A stretch of 64,000 nt of DNA from Candidatus Haiyanarchaeum thermophilum. GTDB lineage: Archaea; Nanobdellota; Nanobdellia; JAPDLS01; Haiyanarchaeaceae. Both the position numbers and the translations under genes were made by a program. The notes below the pieces were generated by a model. It saw only the letters and a program-made list of their open reading frames with translations, had not been told where the DNA came from and did no database searches. Positions 13,801 to 20,334 of the stretch are shown here, piece after piece (within the stretch, counting starts at the first letter, position 1; each line of letters begins with the position of its first letter). The stretch is taken from contig JAPDLS010000001.1 of NCBI GenBank assembly GCA_025920425.1, positions 1,754 to 65,753 on the forward strand, read 5' to 3'.

Positions 13801-14734
13801 TGGTCAGAATGGCTTTCTCTCCGGAAGGAGAAACTATGGTCAAAGTAATATTCGCATCTCCAACTACAGCACCTTTTGAATCTAACACACCTATCAGAAT
13901 TTCTGCCACTTCCCCTGGCTTATAGATATTTTTCCTTGTGTTTACAGTGATTATGCCTACACTAAGATTTTCCTCCACCTCTCCTAAGACCTCTTCATTT
14001 GGACCAAGTGCTCTAATCTTAAGCTTATAAATTCCTGGCCTAATACTTCTTCCAAAATCGAATTCCAAATGATACTTTTCCCCATATCGCTGGGGGAGAA
14101 TCTCCAGTAGCCTTTCCTCAGGGTCTTGTAAGAAGGCCTTCACTTTAATATTTGGGGAAGATTTAGTACTTAGCTGAAATTTCAACTTTTTGCCAGCCTG
14201 AATGACAGAAGAGAACTCAGATAATTCTATCTCAGCTGACTGAGAGGCTGGGAGTTCTGAGGAAGTTAAATTGACTGAATAATAGAAGGAGGTAGAATTG
14301 CTAAGGTTTCCACTACTTACTATCACCTCATATTCGCCACTTTCATTCCAATCAGCTTTCACTTTTGTAGTGAAGCCTCCTGGGGTTTCTTGAATAAATG
14401 AAAATACAGTAGAGTTTGTAGGAGAAAGAATGATTATGGATGCATTGCCCATGCTTGAGAAACCAATGATAGTTAATTCCTCTCCAAATGTAAGATGCAA
14501 TTTATCTACTTCTACTCCAACCTGATTTGAGTGGTTGGATAATTGTAGGAGAGAGCTGTGGAACCCTGTGAGATTGGAGGAGTTTGAAAGTAGGATAGAT
14601 GTGGGAATGATTGAGGAGAGTAGGAAGAGGATTAGGAGTACTTTTACTTGCGATTTTAAATTGGATCTACTAGAACTTTCTCTTACGAATTCCGGCTTGC
14701 CTGAGAAGTTAGATTTAAGTCCCAGCTTTTCCAT
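1..14734 (-). CDS. Giant secreted surface protein (>=4,911 aa, 3' end beyond window) with ~320-aa tandem Ig-like repeats; putative adhesin/envelope protein
   Basis: ATG at 14734 (MEKLGLKSNF...KVLLILFLLSSIIPTSILL, signal-like). Blocks translated by hand near both ends and nine repeat-anchor Trp codons (10834, 9847, 6631, 5647, 4678, 3679, 2725, 1783, 769) all lie in the same frame. The other two minus frames hit stops within bases 1-60. The ORF track lists no stop-terminated ORF in this frame, consistent with a frame open to base 1. Rich in NxS/T sequons and Cys pairs. Confidence 0.9.
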   Translation of the reverse strand, partial: MEKLGLKSNFSGKPEFVRESSSRSNLKSQVKVLLILFLLSSIIPTSILLSNSSNLTGFHSSLLQLSNHSNQVGVEVDKLHLTFGEELTIIGFSSMGNASIIILSPTNSTVFSFIQETPGGFTTKVKADWNESGEYEVIVSSGNLSNSTSFYYSVNLTSSELPASQSAEIELSEFSSVIQAGKKLKFQLSTKSSPNIKVKAFLQDPEERLLEILPQRYGEKYHLEFDFGRSIRPGIYKLKIRALGPNEEVLGEVEENLSVGIITVNTRKNIYKPGEVAEILIGVLDSKGAVVGDANITLTIVSPSGEKAILTTPESVKRKSDGTFFAYYLVEEVGKYFVNAIAITDEMIAEYNTSFEAREFVEFEISRDIPLLPEAGEEVTAKLEINSYVEDETFTVTEVLPPDFIVLDAGGGIIRRTQENLTITWNLTSKAVNLSYTFQTPMFVPRIYHLGEILINSGNLTFWEGRYYSIIVADAFWMMYTWYFYYNDTSISYIPIDPMVLCAGHNYTIHYTALETAADEDPDTLTLYLQVMPEGDGSYTTIPNTGYYKGFGLWGGDVNARNIGGEVGGNASITTCALNTDDRCYWDKWKLSLSPEASGIAKLRMYIAQAPAAGYKGTHIHVVRVINCSNIDLARDIKVFTHEKDKAVAGSLLTVVVPLANYNLTTALTANLTLEIFDELGNKYDWFIIEGPSQNVFIGASQNPGEWQTNITKWHIIVPDQVDAARTYIAKVSIHNSNGDTKIYEKKFTFYGIESQPLPIVLYRAMPIMIGVEDAAPPAGSEFPVAITVCNYGDFNVTVNVSVLMTLHSAVYQTTPPANLNGSQTSWWDVALPTGKCQKLQVIYRGSNDAGVETVTTLVTWLDPGSGKVISLEESVDVPTVPRADAEAGTAHPYLNVTNILPDSSIGVALTIKNHDNNVSRNADWQAYFPPGFNVSNFNITLAPGYPFGSLDEGYIVRRSVWHAGGWTVTLAAEGSVTYSFTLSSGNVSYKDFVPGGKPIALTFLGYGSYTKTYHYHTDKLAIELLGPWLKTIRYYNITQADEQRGFPTTFGCGNFTAKLEVFNKGNLPASNFNITENKFNVSVTHPGDLQFSNFQPQPSYYDNQLVSWSGVNFDVTGKASSQNFSYLISVPYQTNGTFTFFARHLNGTFIFYDRNYTIFVACGASLVVSAPLISPPSPLVGQSFNVSSILSNFGPGTASDVIAIINYTGPGSLQLRNASGMNSDINYLGNIPLEGSAEAKWEVIANVAGTYTICIRANATENSTEVINCTEVLVSLPPAVIEMENVTIVSHETGTSTGSWGFNFTFNISVRVSNSESDVYVCSWFSKTGSGPWKPVGECQVYPAPGQSIGEWLNFSFEFDPSCEDISPIVFVKFNATNNAGTTNSTTATFTITKDTIFFEEVIGNDTETRRGRTTTLLGVRVRDANGTFIHNLPVTFFVTIDGNIYDTGTTNLTDASGFAYYSFQAGCVPKYGVGYQRWKAVVSGSECYYDVSTEGQYYLTLLVTGDILLDFQRPDGLTNYTQEDDIFFLGATTDDCGDPLTATVAFFANHTTTSFECTPVSRVGANAYTCEWSTSIFTPMGWYNSTMRAIAPYYYENSTSKIGVPGLFYLHPRLKLENPAAFPTVEGWGYPNWNFSVIATSGDVENSWNVSLYMHTAWPPVFKCESPTCVNQTPTECFNCIQELKYWLRNFTASEQGVWYYQFKMDGRAETSQVLSVVVEKDDVNMSYVAGNNTVVIKDVQPQWLIVRIYDLDRGTYNVTNPSARVTFKLYNPNYPEGFKVIGENYTNEEGYASFYFNITNCEGWYEGDQLWAAEILPTEPNYKPVVSENYTITIQLLGCQPQVEIYKIYAPKETFQYRNFTINATLTSWVGNAQDVNATIILPEGWYVDEVTKSLGIIAVGEYKPVWWHITPTTYGEINVTIVVNSSNAGSDVASSDNFTVYKLKQPSPPLEQLPFIINENEEKVLNWECEAGDYRIANLTLTIGNVTASPYEIVLRVWSYNGTNWLDILHSLKINLTGEQNLSILMLQNQLNADENGRCKVRIANVGDNGFNLSWAELQAYYTEAIKIQDILVKVNEAILSGLEGSEEEFNVSVRIANSYEAPCSGTLWLNITNTSGAIFYSSSQPISLAGDSIAFFNFTGISTIGWEYGFYVLKTYVECGPSSSERTETLLLQDVVVESSGSRWMCNSTTEPYYVIVYHPFNESIQYNISLIVPTGWSYTPSYQLIEASTPGKYLVRFDLTSSNAQSETVAINATVQYMYPLGVTKSKNASFTIEEGSSLPILEVIRETPSVVASNLVFKSRLVIHNKGCGTTNGSTLVKEFVPIGWTPANPMILGNISGSSSVDLEENIITWELGKIAPNQYAILVYQIKSPPGLAQAGGVKYEVNFDNKLLEESENHTISTFNYTNESHLQFDLEVIQQEDYPWPEPRSAQLNKEYNYGLHITNIGDTLASGWNISMFIPPGCEVVQVYENGVWNQTSRKIIWSLSDLQAKNSTYLHFTLNCSVLGAHILTVQGIKDTTNYTTFIEDVQLYCSGNNSSRLVEYAFSKPENARYERLKEVDFFLRYDWYGQNVTIGQASLSFTDDENRSSLAWQNYGLGAESNEGWSNYTIYEEECWRYRKANRSLLLQVYVDATYGSNGNISLEKLAYTWQTGKVFIEQQPLFIKTKIYTYSPLLTNATLWINGVRAPPGSTAGWGEKFNFSVLVRDRFGRDVIVYAWHRPVGAAEYQLIGSKICSSCADWSEVDFSYDYQPTDIGSWEFKFNASNEDGTSELLGYVYNVERDDVEVTLLAPLPNEIVNRSKPFNFTLSIYDLDNESWASLLVFGQNYVEISKYGSAETFQRFYPDPAIDENGLAKIEMRNTSDRWCQSHFYLGPNYWRGGVLEATYYKGASTSSVSFLLYGDLFPTIILPNGSTNYTHGMEVALEGTVRDDCGNTITDATPIFQLQHSDYVIEVPASYNALRGSYYTTFIIPTTAPLGWYNVTMKVNKTYYWESSVKLENAFFLASIPRLEQPSVQPVEGSWELRPFNFSVYVSGEDNETITAYLWLRYGSGDWILENSTECSFCSNYLFLTWKNFTCSDIGSWSAKFNATSVTGFSNQTSLISFNVTKSPISILHLSGNGSVVNRSDSQPNSTVKLSVQIFDLVTGEYITAIPTSNVGFWIQRSGDTWVEEFESIEDTSYSLNFNPNCNYEVGVRRWKVNSSDPCYATNTTPELEVTIRGDLQGLIASPSGDANYTAGTSILLSGFVYDECSNPIANASVRFKLQHEDDIYYCPESGFTTNSSGNLYICNWDSTGKRGGWYNVSLEVMKEFYNSNFTTMENAFFLITPVELSNPSVSYPGDGSWGEPHNFSVVVNHYAPVYVCLLERTPTSDWNVTSCTYVENPTNTLVTFIREYSCEDYQASSFRYFAFNASQPGVPETYSNTSSLFHLLAKDDVLFFHILGNGGSVNRSGSNSISFLLYLHDADRNAPAYTLLGAAVKPEVWLSVHNGSTFLIYGSNIPNSSGYVNFSFDPTCNYEVGERNWYTYISADACYKDTSSPIYNVTIIGDLKPVVTFPDGVIYYRELELYIPIYGNLIDECESTYITGATISFNLTSLGFGDTFTCSPVEDLGNGTYNCTFNATTAPEGWYNVTMIGENVEYYNRGEGKKGYSFFIYQVWQPPILEGERVIFEEDGGWGEKFTFKVNVSDPNANTVNVSLWLSPDNLTWSYVSSQLCYDCGRVTELAFEYRGFTCNDIGTYYFKFNASDEYNSTDRGGIAFSISQADAEIRYVEFSSGNDSWVNRSEAVLLRVRIYDLDADRYVGEGVLGRIWVTTDGANFDEGLSNLTDSEGYLSIYFSPNCSYSVNTQLWKAGVTGDVCYKDVNSSTNFTLNIKGWARNSLLAPNGDVFWSNENVTIRGLVQDECGENISEVDVSFEVAHDSFLSICEPVGSESPGVFNCTWNISNNPSGWYWIRMNSSGLLYNFESKVFSQAFFHEVPPILAEALVTPSSSYWSTSFVFKVNVTDDDDHVTVYLWHRRKDTSSWTLIDSGSCDDCIHTTLSFSRVYGPSEIGEWEWFFNATDSFGGVSQTPIQSLTVTKMPVVIEYVSGNQSSVSRVGNNATLLSLRVRDVYGNPLSGLTGGFWITVDGVTEGPRIPATTSYGYLNLSFNPDCAYQVGWQTWKGGVDESPYYYGANSTDLLTLLINSSLVANVLSPQHAYYWRDQVIEILGNVSDDCSNITGATVRFRVIQGAASYTPYPDPAIDLLNGTYTTSWDSTGFSLGWYNISMNVSKPYYESTYFLLEDAFFLGAKPELQNPRVNPSREGWGRNFTFTVSFRDVEGDTNNLSLLVANSPGGPWKYVTSTIISSTTWSDVSFNHTFECNDYLSGSVYFKFIATDEHGFSTESSVGSLTLEKDDITIEVIAGAGAQARREGTVFTPFTVRVYDVDRASYVGEGVSLYFFFTYDGSNFDGGHYSFTNASGFSTYYFDPDCNYGVGTQFWKVSVSGNACYKDVESTIWSLLVIGQLKNNLESPPQGSTFNVTQNIIVRFNISTDCIDEGLIPDASSYSVTLIHNSSSQQYECSPVYNEGTGWYNCTWSSIGKPEGNYTVWLRSSRGYYDDNSTFYLNWFWLENRAPIAENETIWIFNHTEGEWRNLSNQIVGWSRVFNYTIEVRDEEGDDINCTLWISKDGGNTWMKAGSSYILGTPGYPTIGRCEVIYAGFTCSDMGESNYFMWEIDDGVQSFNTTPIRSPSLQRSNVTIEFVSPPDLTPVIRNFEQANLVVRVFDEENWSYPMGVMTTFWIRNRTGELNGFYNLTNASGFSSFSWIPGCQYSVGTLEWVAGVADNCYLNVNLTSPHTLNLLGNITIYFLTSSSRVLLRGDNLTIKFNLTSDCTEEVLNESTLSVQMLHKLSNTYFP

Positions 14735-14817
14735 GTTGCAGCTTCCACTCCTTCCTCAATAGAGGGATTATTTATAATAACTTATAAAACTTTCATCCCG
14801 AATGAGATTAGGAGAAT

Positions 14818-15585
14818 TCAACTTGAAGCGACGAAGAGGCTTTTAATTTTCTGAAAAATCCCAACTTTTTCTTCCATTCCCACGAGTTTTTTTGCCAATT
14901 TCTCAAATTCCCTAGAAGATCGAGCCTTAGGATTTAGGATGGAAACAGGTATTTTGAAAACATTGCTTTCGATTAACTCCTTATCATAGGGGATAGTAGC
15001 CAATATAGGTAAATTGACGCTTACCCCTATTTCCTCTGGTCTAACTTTATATCTCTTCTCATACATATTTACTACCACTCCCAAAATAGGGATATTGTAG
15101 GAACCTACTACTGCTTTCACTCTCAAAACGTCAAGTACACTGCTCAAAGTAGGAATGGCTACGAGCATGACCTCTTGGGAGCAGAGAATGGCTGAAATTG
15201 CCTCCCTTCCGAGTCCAGGAGCACCATCTAATAGGACGAAATCATTCTTACCCACGAGGCTGCTTAACTTTAATCTCAAATCGAGAAGGTCTACTCCATA
15301 AAGATCTCTTGGGGAAAGGGAGCCTGGGATAATCTTCACACCACTCTTATGTTCATAGATAGCATCTTCGATTTCATAATCTCCCCTCAATACCTGATTC
15401 AAAGTTACTGGATAATCGTAAAATCCAAATAGGAGCCCAAGATGAGAAGTGGTAAGATTGCAGTCGATTGCGATTACTTCTTTTCCCAGTCTAGCTAGTT
15501 GGATTGCCAGATTTGCTGTTAGAGTACTCTTACCTACACCTCCTTTACCTGAGAGTATACCAATTACCCTACCCACTTCCCTCAC
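14818..15585 (-). CDS. minD: Archaeal MinD/ParA-family ATPase
   Basis: Deviant Walker A SGKGGVGKST, IDCNL, LLDGAPGLG, GVVVN and IPYD motifs; 255 aa. Confidence 0.9.
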   Translation of the reverse strand: MREVGRVIGILSGKGGVGKSTLTANLAIQLARLGKEVIAIDCNLTTSHLGLLFGFYDYPVTLNQVLRGDYEIEDAIYEHKSGVKIIPGSLSPRDLYGVDLLDLRLKLSSLVGKNDFVLLDGAPGLGREAISAILCSQEVMLVAIPTLSSVLDVLRVKAVVGSYNIPILGVVVNMYEKRYKVRPEEIGVSVNLPILATIPYDKELIESNVFKIPVSILNPKARSSREFEKLAKKLVGMEEKVGIFQKIKSLFVASS

Positions 15586-16975
15586 CCAGTTCCTTCTTGA
15601 TTTCCTCTATCTTCTGCATGCATTTATTACGTACCTCTTCATATGCCTCCTTTGAGATATTTCCCACAGCATATTCCTTCTCCACTATCCTCACAAGTTG
15701 TCTGAGCCTTTCCAGCTTTCTCCTGAGGATCCCTTCCTTCTCCCCCTCCAGCTTTCCCTTCAGAGCTTCTATCTCTTCCCTACTCACACTTTTTGGGATT
15801 AACTTGGCTCCAGGCCTAGTCTTTTCCATTGCCTCTAACAGTTCGCTCCCATAATAGCTGAGCACCCGTAACAATCTCCTCTCTGACCACTTATGGTAAA
15901 GAAAGATGAGGACCGATGGTATAATTATCGCAGAGAGAAGGAGGAAGAAATTCATGTAGGATTCTTTTATTACACCTGGTAAAAACTGTAGATTGGGATA
16001 AAGAATCTCTGCCTCATCTAGGAAGTCCTTGGCTGCTGATAGGGAAACTAGAGCTTCATTATACTTCTCGACATTTAAATATTCCTTTGCAAAATTAATT
16101 TGGGTCTCTGCCCTCTGAATGAGAGCAGAAAATTGTGTAGTATTTTTTCCCTCAAATATGGCCTGTTGCAGTTTGAGCTTTAATTCATTTAGCCTAGCTT
16201 CAAGCTTCTTCAGATCACTTTCTATAAGTTCCCTCCTCGAGGCAAATACTTGGAGGAGGCTTTCCTTTCTGTCACTTACCCCTTCAGCTGTGACAGCATG
16301 GATACTTAGGTTATATTGCCTAGTCTCAGCGTTAGGAGGAATCGTAATCCTCATAGAGAACACTAACTCCTCCCCGGGTTTGAGTACATCATATTTTACT
16401 GGAGAGATAATCAACCACTCACTGCTTATCCCATAGACGAGAAGACTAACATTATGGAGTACTTCCTCCCCCAGATTTTTAACACTAACAGTTAAGAGAT
16501 TGGACCAGCTCCGTTCCCCATTGATTTCTTTTGGCCATGAGGTTATGGTGATATTAGCTCCTTTGAATTCGAGTGGGCTTTTCATCACGTAAAATGATTG
16601 AGAAGTGGTGATGGGAGAGCTATAATTAGTGAATTTCACTCTCACTTTGAGAAAATATTTGCCTGGAGGTTGGGAGGAAAAGATATAGATATTCTTTGGT
16701 ATCCTTAATGTGCTCGGAGCCTCAGCTAGATAAGTGGAAAAACTATCAGCTCCCCAAATCTCTGCCGTTTCCGACTCAACCCAGAAGTCCACATAGGCGA
16801 TAGCCCCAATTCCAACAGTTTTATTTAGTACTATCTCGAAATGTAAGAACTCGGCTTGATAAACTGTCAAATTGTGAAGATTAATTTCTACGGTACCAGT
16901 AACATATTGGGCTTCAGCTATAGAAATGATAAAAAGGAATCCAATACCCAAAAATAAGATTCTCCCCCACCTCAT
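15569..16975 (-). CDS. Membrane-anchored surface protein: signal peptide, Ig/CARDB-like domains, coiled coil, TM helix, ~100-aa cytoplasmic coiled-coil tail
   Basis: ORF track 15569..17029. The ATG at 16975 (MRWGRILFLGIG) is preferred because a BRE/TATA-like CGAAAAAATATAAG lies ~25-35 nt upstream. CARDB-like TVSVKNLGEEVLHNVSL; TM FFLLLSAIIIPSVLIFL. Confidence 0.75.
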   Translation of the reverse strand: MRWGRILFLGIGFLFIISIAEAQYVTGTVEINLHNLTVYQAEFLHFEIVLNKTVGIGAIAYVDFWVESETAEIWGADSFSTYLAEAPSTLRIPKNIYIFSSQPPGKYFLKVRVKFTNYSSPITTSQSFYVMKSPLEFKGANITITSWPKEINGERSWSNLLTVSVKNLGEEVLHNVSLLVYGISSEWLIISPVKYDVLKPGEELVFSMRITIPPNAETRQYNLSIHAVTAEGVSDRKESLLQVFASRRELIESDLKKLEARLNELKLKLQQAIFEGKNTTQFSALIQRAETQINFAKEYLNVEKYNEALVSLSAAKDFLDEAEILYPNLQFLPGVIKESYMNFFLLLSAIIIPSVLIFLYHKWSERRLLRVLSYYGSELLEAMEKTRPGAKLIPKSVSREEIEALKGKLEGEKEGILRRKLERLRQLVRIVEKEYAVGNISKEAYEEVRNKCMQKIEEIKKELGEGSG

Positions 16976-17119
16976 AATGTTTGAGGTGCTGGACAAATTC
17001 TTATATTTTTTCGAGAAGGGAGTAATCACCAGTTAGAAATAAACCATCGTCCACAAACAGGGAAGCTTTACTGAGAAAATCAAAAAATATAAAAATAAAT
17101 ATTTACCACTTCTCAATTA

Positions 17120-17773
17120 ATGACTAAAACCTTGGAGATCCCACTTGATCTCTTGGTAGGGATCATCTCTTTTTTCTGCATAACCATGATTTCCTACGGA
17201 ATGATTTCAAGATCTCCGATCGTTACAGGTTTTCAGGCAGTTTCCCAACAACAGGCCCAAGCCATTCTTACAGTGAACACATATATTTACACTAGCCTAA
17301 ATAGAACTCCAATCAACTTTACATTTGAGGGCATAGTTCCAGGTTATTGGTATAATGCTAGCAATGGAACAGATGGAAATGGATGGCCTACTACTTTACT
17401 CATGTGGTGGGAGACAAATGTTAACACAAACATCTCGTTCTGGGGAGATCCCTCATTCTGCAAGGAGGGTACTGCATGTTCAGAGGTGCTTTCAGAGAGG
17501 TTTGATATAGGAAATCTAACTTTCAATACCACTGACCTAAACTTTACCCTTCCTGGAGATCTATGGCATCACTATGTATGGGGAAAGTTTAATACTGATG
17601 TTCCATCAACTCCTACTAAAACCCTAGCTAACAAAGATATCGTGTATAATACCACATGCCCCTGTGGGGAGCACAATTATACCATTCCTATGTGGTTCAG
17701 CCTTTTCGTCCCTCCTGGTACAAGGGCTGGGAACTGGAATACTACAGTGTACTGGAGGGTAGATGAAATATGA
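17120..17773 (+). CDS. Secreted beta-sandwich protein, WxL/TasA-like subunit (copy 1)
   Basis: N-terminal hydrophobic helix then IVTGF; INFTFEGIVPG; C-terminal LFVPPGTRAGNWNTTVYWRV; paralog of 21976..22512. Confidence 0.6.
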   Translation: MTKTLEIPLDLLVGIISFFCITMISYGMISRSPIVTGFQAVSQQQAQAILTVNTYIYTSLNRTPINFTFEGIVPGYWYNASNGTDGNGWPTTLLMWWETNVNTNISFWGDPSFCKEGTACSEVLSERFDIGNLTFNTTDLNFTLPGDLWHHYVWGKFNTDVPSTPTKTLANKDIVYNTTCPCGEHNYTIPMWFSLFVPPGTRAGNWNTTVYWRVDEI

Positions 17774-18492
17774 GGGGTAAACTTGTTCTCTTGCTATTTA
17801 TAATTGGAATTTCATTAATTAGAAGCATAGCATTTGCCCAGTCTTGTGGTCTTGGTACAATGCAACCAGTGAAGGGATTTGCAGCCCTCCCAGGGAGTAC
17901 TGTGGAAGCCAAGCTTTATTTCTATAACCTTTACGATACCCTAACCACTCACGTACTCCTAACTCTAACTGATGCTCCTCCAGGATGGGGAGTTGAGATA
18001 GAGCCACCTGCCAGAGATGTGATATATGAGACACCTCTAGGAAGCATTACCGTACTAGAAAATATAGACGTTCCTCTCACTCCTAAAACTCCAAACTGTG
18101 AAGGCACCCTTGCAGGATATGAGCTAATTAGAGATACGGTAACTCCTGGGGCCTGTATTCCTGCTAAGGTAGTGTTAGTTAGGATAAAGGTACCACAGAA
18201 TGTGGAAATAGGTAAAACCTATGAAATCAAGCTCACTGCTACGGGAAGATGTCTTTCTCCCCAAGTAGGAAACGTATTTACAAGCCAAGTGAGGGAATTT
18301 ACCTTCCAAGTAAAGCCTGTATTAAGTGGGGAATTCTATGAAATAAGGAGGGAAGGAGGTTTTAGCATTTGGGATTTCATCGTTCAAAATGCCCTCCTAT
18401 TTTCCCTATTGTTAGGAGTACTTTGCGCTATAGTGATCATACTCATTCTAAGGATGATGGGGAAGCTAGTTATAGAAATTAAGCTCAAGTGA
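17770..18492 (+). CDS. Membrane-anchored Ig/NEW3-like partner protein (copy 1)
   Basis: Signal peptide ending AFAQSCG; PPGWGVEIEP; C-terminal TM helix; ATGA overlap with upstream gene; paralog of 22509..23204. Confidence 0.65.
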   Translation: MRGKLVLLLFIIGISLIRSIAFAQSCGLGTMQPVKGFAALPGSTVEAKLYFYNLYDTLTTHVLLTLTDAPPGWGVEIEPPARDVIYETPLGSITVLENIDVPLTPKTPNCEGTLAGYELIRDTVTPGACIPAKVVLVRIKVPQNVEIGKTYEIKLTATGRCLSPQVGNVFTSQVREFTFQVKPVLSGEFYEIRREGGFSIWDFIVQNALLFSLLLGVLCAIVIILILRMMGKLVIEIKLK

Positions 18493-18528
18493 AACAAACT
18501 TAATATAAACTAAGCCTATTAATGCTTA

Positions 18529-20334
18529 ATGCAACCACCAAAACCTCAGCCCCCAGGGCGTGAGCTTTCCATACTTCTTCTCTTGATATTTGCCATTTTC
18601 ATTCCTACTAGCGCCTACGGAACTTCTCCTTCCCAACTTGCTCCAGTAATTGCTAATGTAAGCCCAAGTTATTCAGAGTTTTCATTTTCTCCTAGCAAGT
18701 TGATAATTTTCATGCCTCCTAATGAAGTAGATGGGTTTATCATTACTGCTAGGGCTGAGAGAGGCAATCTACCCATCCATCTCATTTTAACTCTAGAGGA
18801 GAGCTTCCTAAACTTCTCATATGTATATCCACATTACTTCCTCCTAGATGTACTAGAGGAGAGAAACTTCACATTCCACTTGGATACTTGGGGAGTAGAA
18901 GTTGGAAACTACAGTGGCTACATTTTAGGAAAAGTAGAGGAGACGAATTATACTTCTCTCCTTCCAATCAATCTTACAGTTTCCACTGATGTAGGGAGAT
19001 TTTTAATTCAAGTAACAGATGAAGCCTACAAACCCTTGCCTAATGCTTCTATCAGTATTTATCGGGGACTTGAACTCATAGAAACAGGAATTACTGACGA
19101 GCATGGCTTTTACAGGACACACTTTTATCCCCTAGAGACCTACTATGCCATAGTTGTAGGAAAGGAAGGATACTCTTCTAAGGCCACTGGAAAAAGGCTA
19201 GTGAACTATACCACTTTTGTCCAAATAGTGCTAGGGGGAACCCCTTTTCTCGCATTTTCCCCAAATTATGTATTCTTGGTAATGGATCTCAATCAAACTA
19301 AGACGATAACTCTCAGACTAGAGAACTGGGGGAATGGGAAGGAGAGATGGATAGATATCCTACCGAATCAGAAATGGATTAAGGTACAACCTACTTATCT
19401 TGAATTTCTAGAGCCTGGGGGTTTTAGAGAAATTACAGTTACTGTTGGGCCATTTTTCAAAGAGGGAATCTACTTGGGAGAGATTAAGGCATATGGGTTT
19501 AGAAGTACTGCGAGTGCAATTATTCAAGTACAAGTTTCTCCACCCCCTCCACCCCCCACTGTGCCTCCAACAATTCCTCCCACCCTCCCGAACGTTACTG
19601 TACCTATCATAATAACTCCACCTCCACCCCCTCCACCCCCCATCGTTAAGTTTCCAGCAGTAGATGTGGAGTATCCTAGAACTCTGGAGCTTACGAGAGG
19701 AGTATCTAGACTAATCTTCGTTAAGGTGAAGAATGTAGGTGAGGTGGACTTACACAATCTCACCCTTGAAGCTTATGGAGAAGGCTTACTAGTGGAAATT
19801 TACCCCTCTGCCTATCTACTTTGTCCAATGGGAGACTCTAAAATTTTTATCATGAGGATTTTGCCTCAGGAGGAAGGGGTAGGCAATTTAACACTTAAGA
19901 TAGTGTCTAGGGAAATTGAAACTTATAGGCAAATCAATTATGAGATCAAAATTTCACCAGTGGATCCTGAGGTTCTAAGGGGGGAGATAGAGGCTTTGAG
20001 ACAAATTCTGAGGGTGCTAGAAAGGGAGCTAACTAGTCTGGGAGAGCAGGGTTTTAGTGTTACTGGAGCCTTCTCTTTTCTTTCAGCAGTTGATCAAAAG
20101 CTTGCCAATGCTGAGCTCTCACTCAAATTTGGGAGGCTATTTGAGGCTAAGGGATGGATTGATGAAGCCACAAGGGATATAAGTGATCTAATATCAGTGA
20201 TAGATAGAGTAAGGGCAATACCCCCTCCTAGGATAGGGCTAGAAATCTGGTTCATTCTAATTTTGCTCGTAATTTTAATAATCCTACTTCTACTCCTACT
20301 ACTCATATGGAGAAGGAGAAAAAGGGAAAGATGA
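18529..20334 (+). CDS. Surface stalk protein: Ig domains, carboxypeptidase-regulatory-like domain, polyproline linker, CARDB-like domain, coiled coil, C-terminal TM
   Basis: PLPNASISIY...GITDEHGFY motif; PPPPPPT..PPPPPPPP; FVKVKNVGEVDLHNLTL; TM followed by RRRKRER. Confidence 0.7.
   Translation: MQPPKPQPPGRELSILLLLIFAIFIPTSAYGTSPSQLAPVIANVSPSYSEFSFSPSKLIIFMPPNEVDGFIITARAERGNLPIHLILTLEESFLNFSYVYPHYFLLDVLEERNFTFHLDTWGVEVGNYSGYILGKVEETNYTSLLPINLTVSTDVGRFLIQVTDEAYKPLPNASISIYRGLELIETGITDEHGFYRTHFYPLETYYAIVVGKEGYSSKATGKRLVNYTTFVQIVLGGTPFLAFSPNYVFLVMDLNQTKTITLRLENWGNGKERWIDILPNQKWIKVQPTYLEFLEPGGFREITVTVGPFFKEGIYLGEIKAYGFRSTASAIIQVQVSPPPPPPTVPPTIPPTLPNVTVPIIITPPPPPPPPIVKFPAVDVEYPRTLELTRGVSRLIFVKVKNVGEVDLHNLTLEAYGEGLLVEIYPSAYLLCPMGDSKIFIMRILPQEEGVGNLTLKIVSREIETYRQINYEIKISPVDPEVLRGEIEALRQILRVLERELTSLGEQGFSVTGAFSFLSAVDQKLANAELSLKFGRLFEAKGWIDEATRDISDLISVIDRVRAIPPPRIGLEIWFILILLVILIILLLLLLLIWRRRKRER

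Noticed and set aside
1337-14762. Short + strand ORFs (60-105 aa) and the 62-aa minus ORF at 4381..4569
   Set aside because: Antisense or off-frame shadows of the giant minus-strand CDS; no recognisable motifs.
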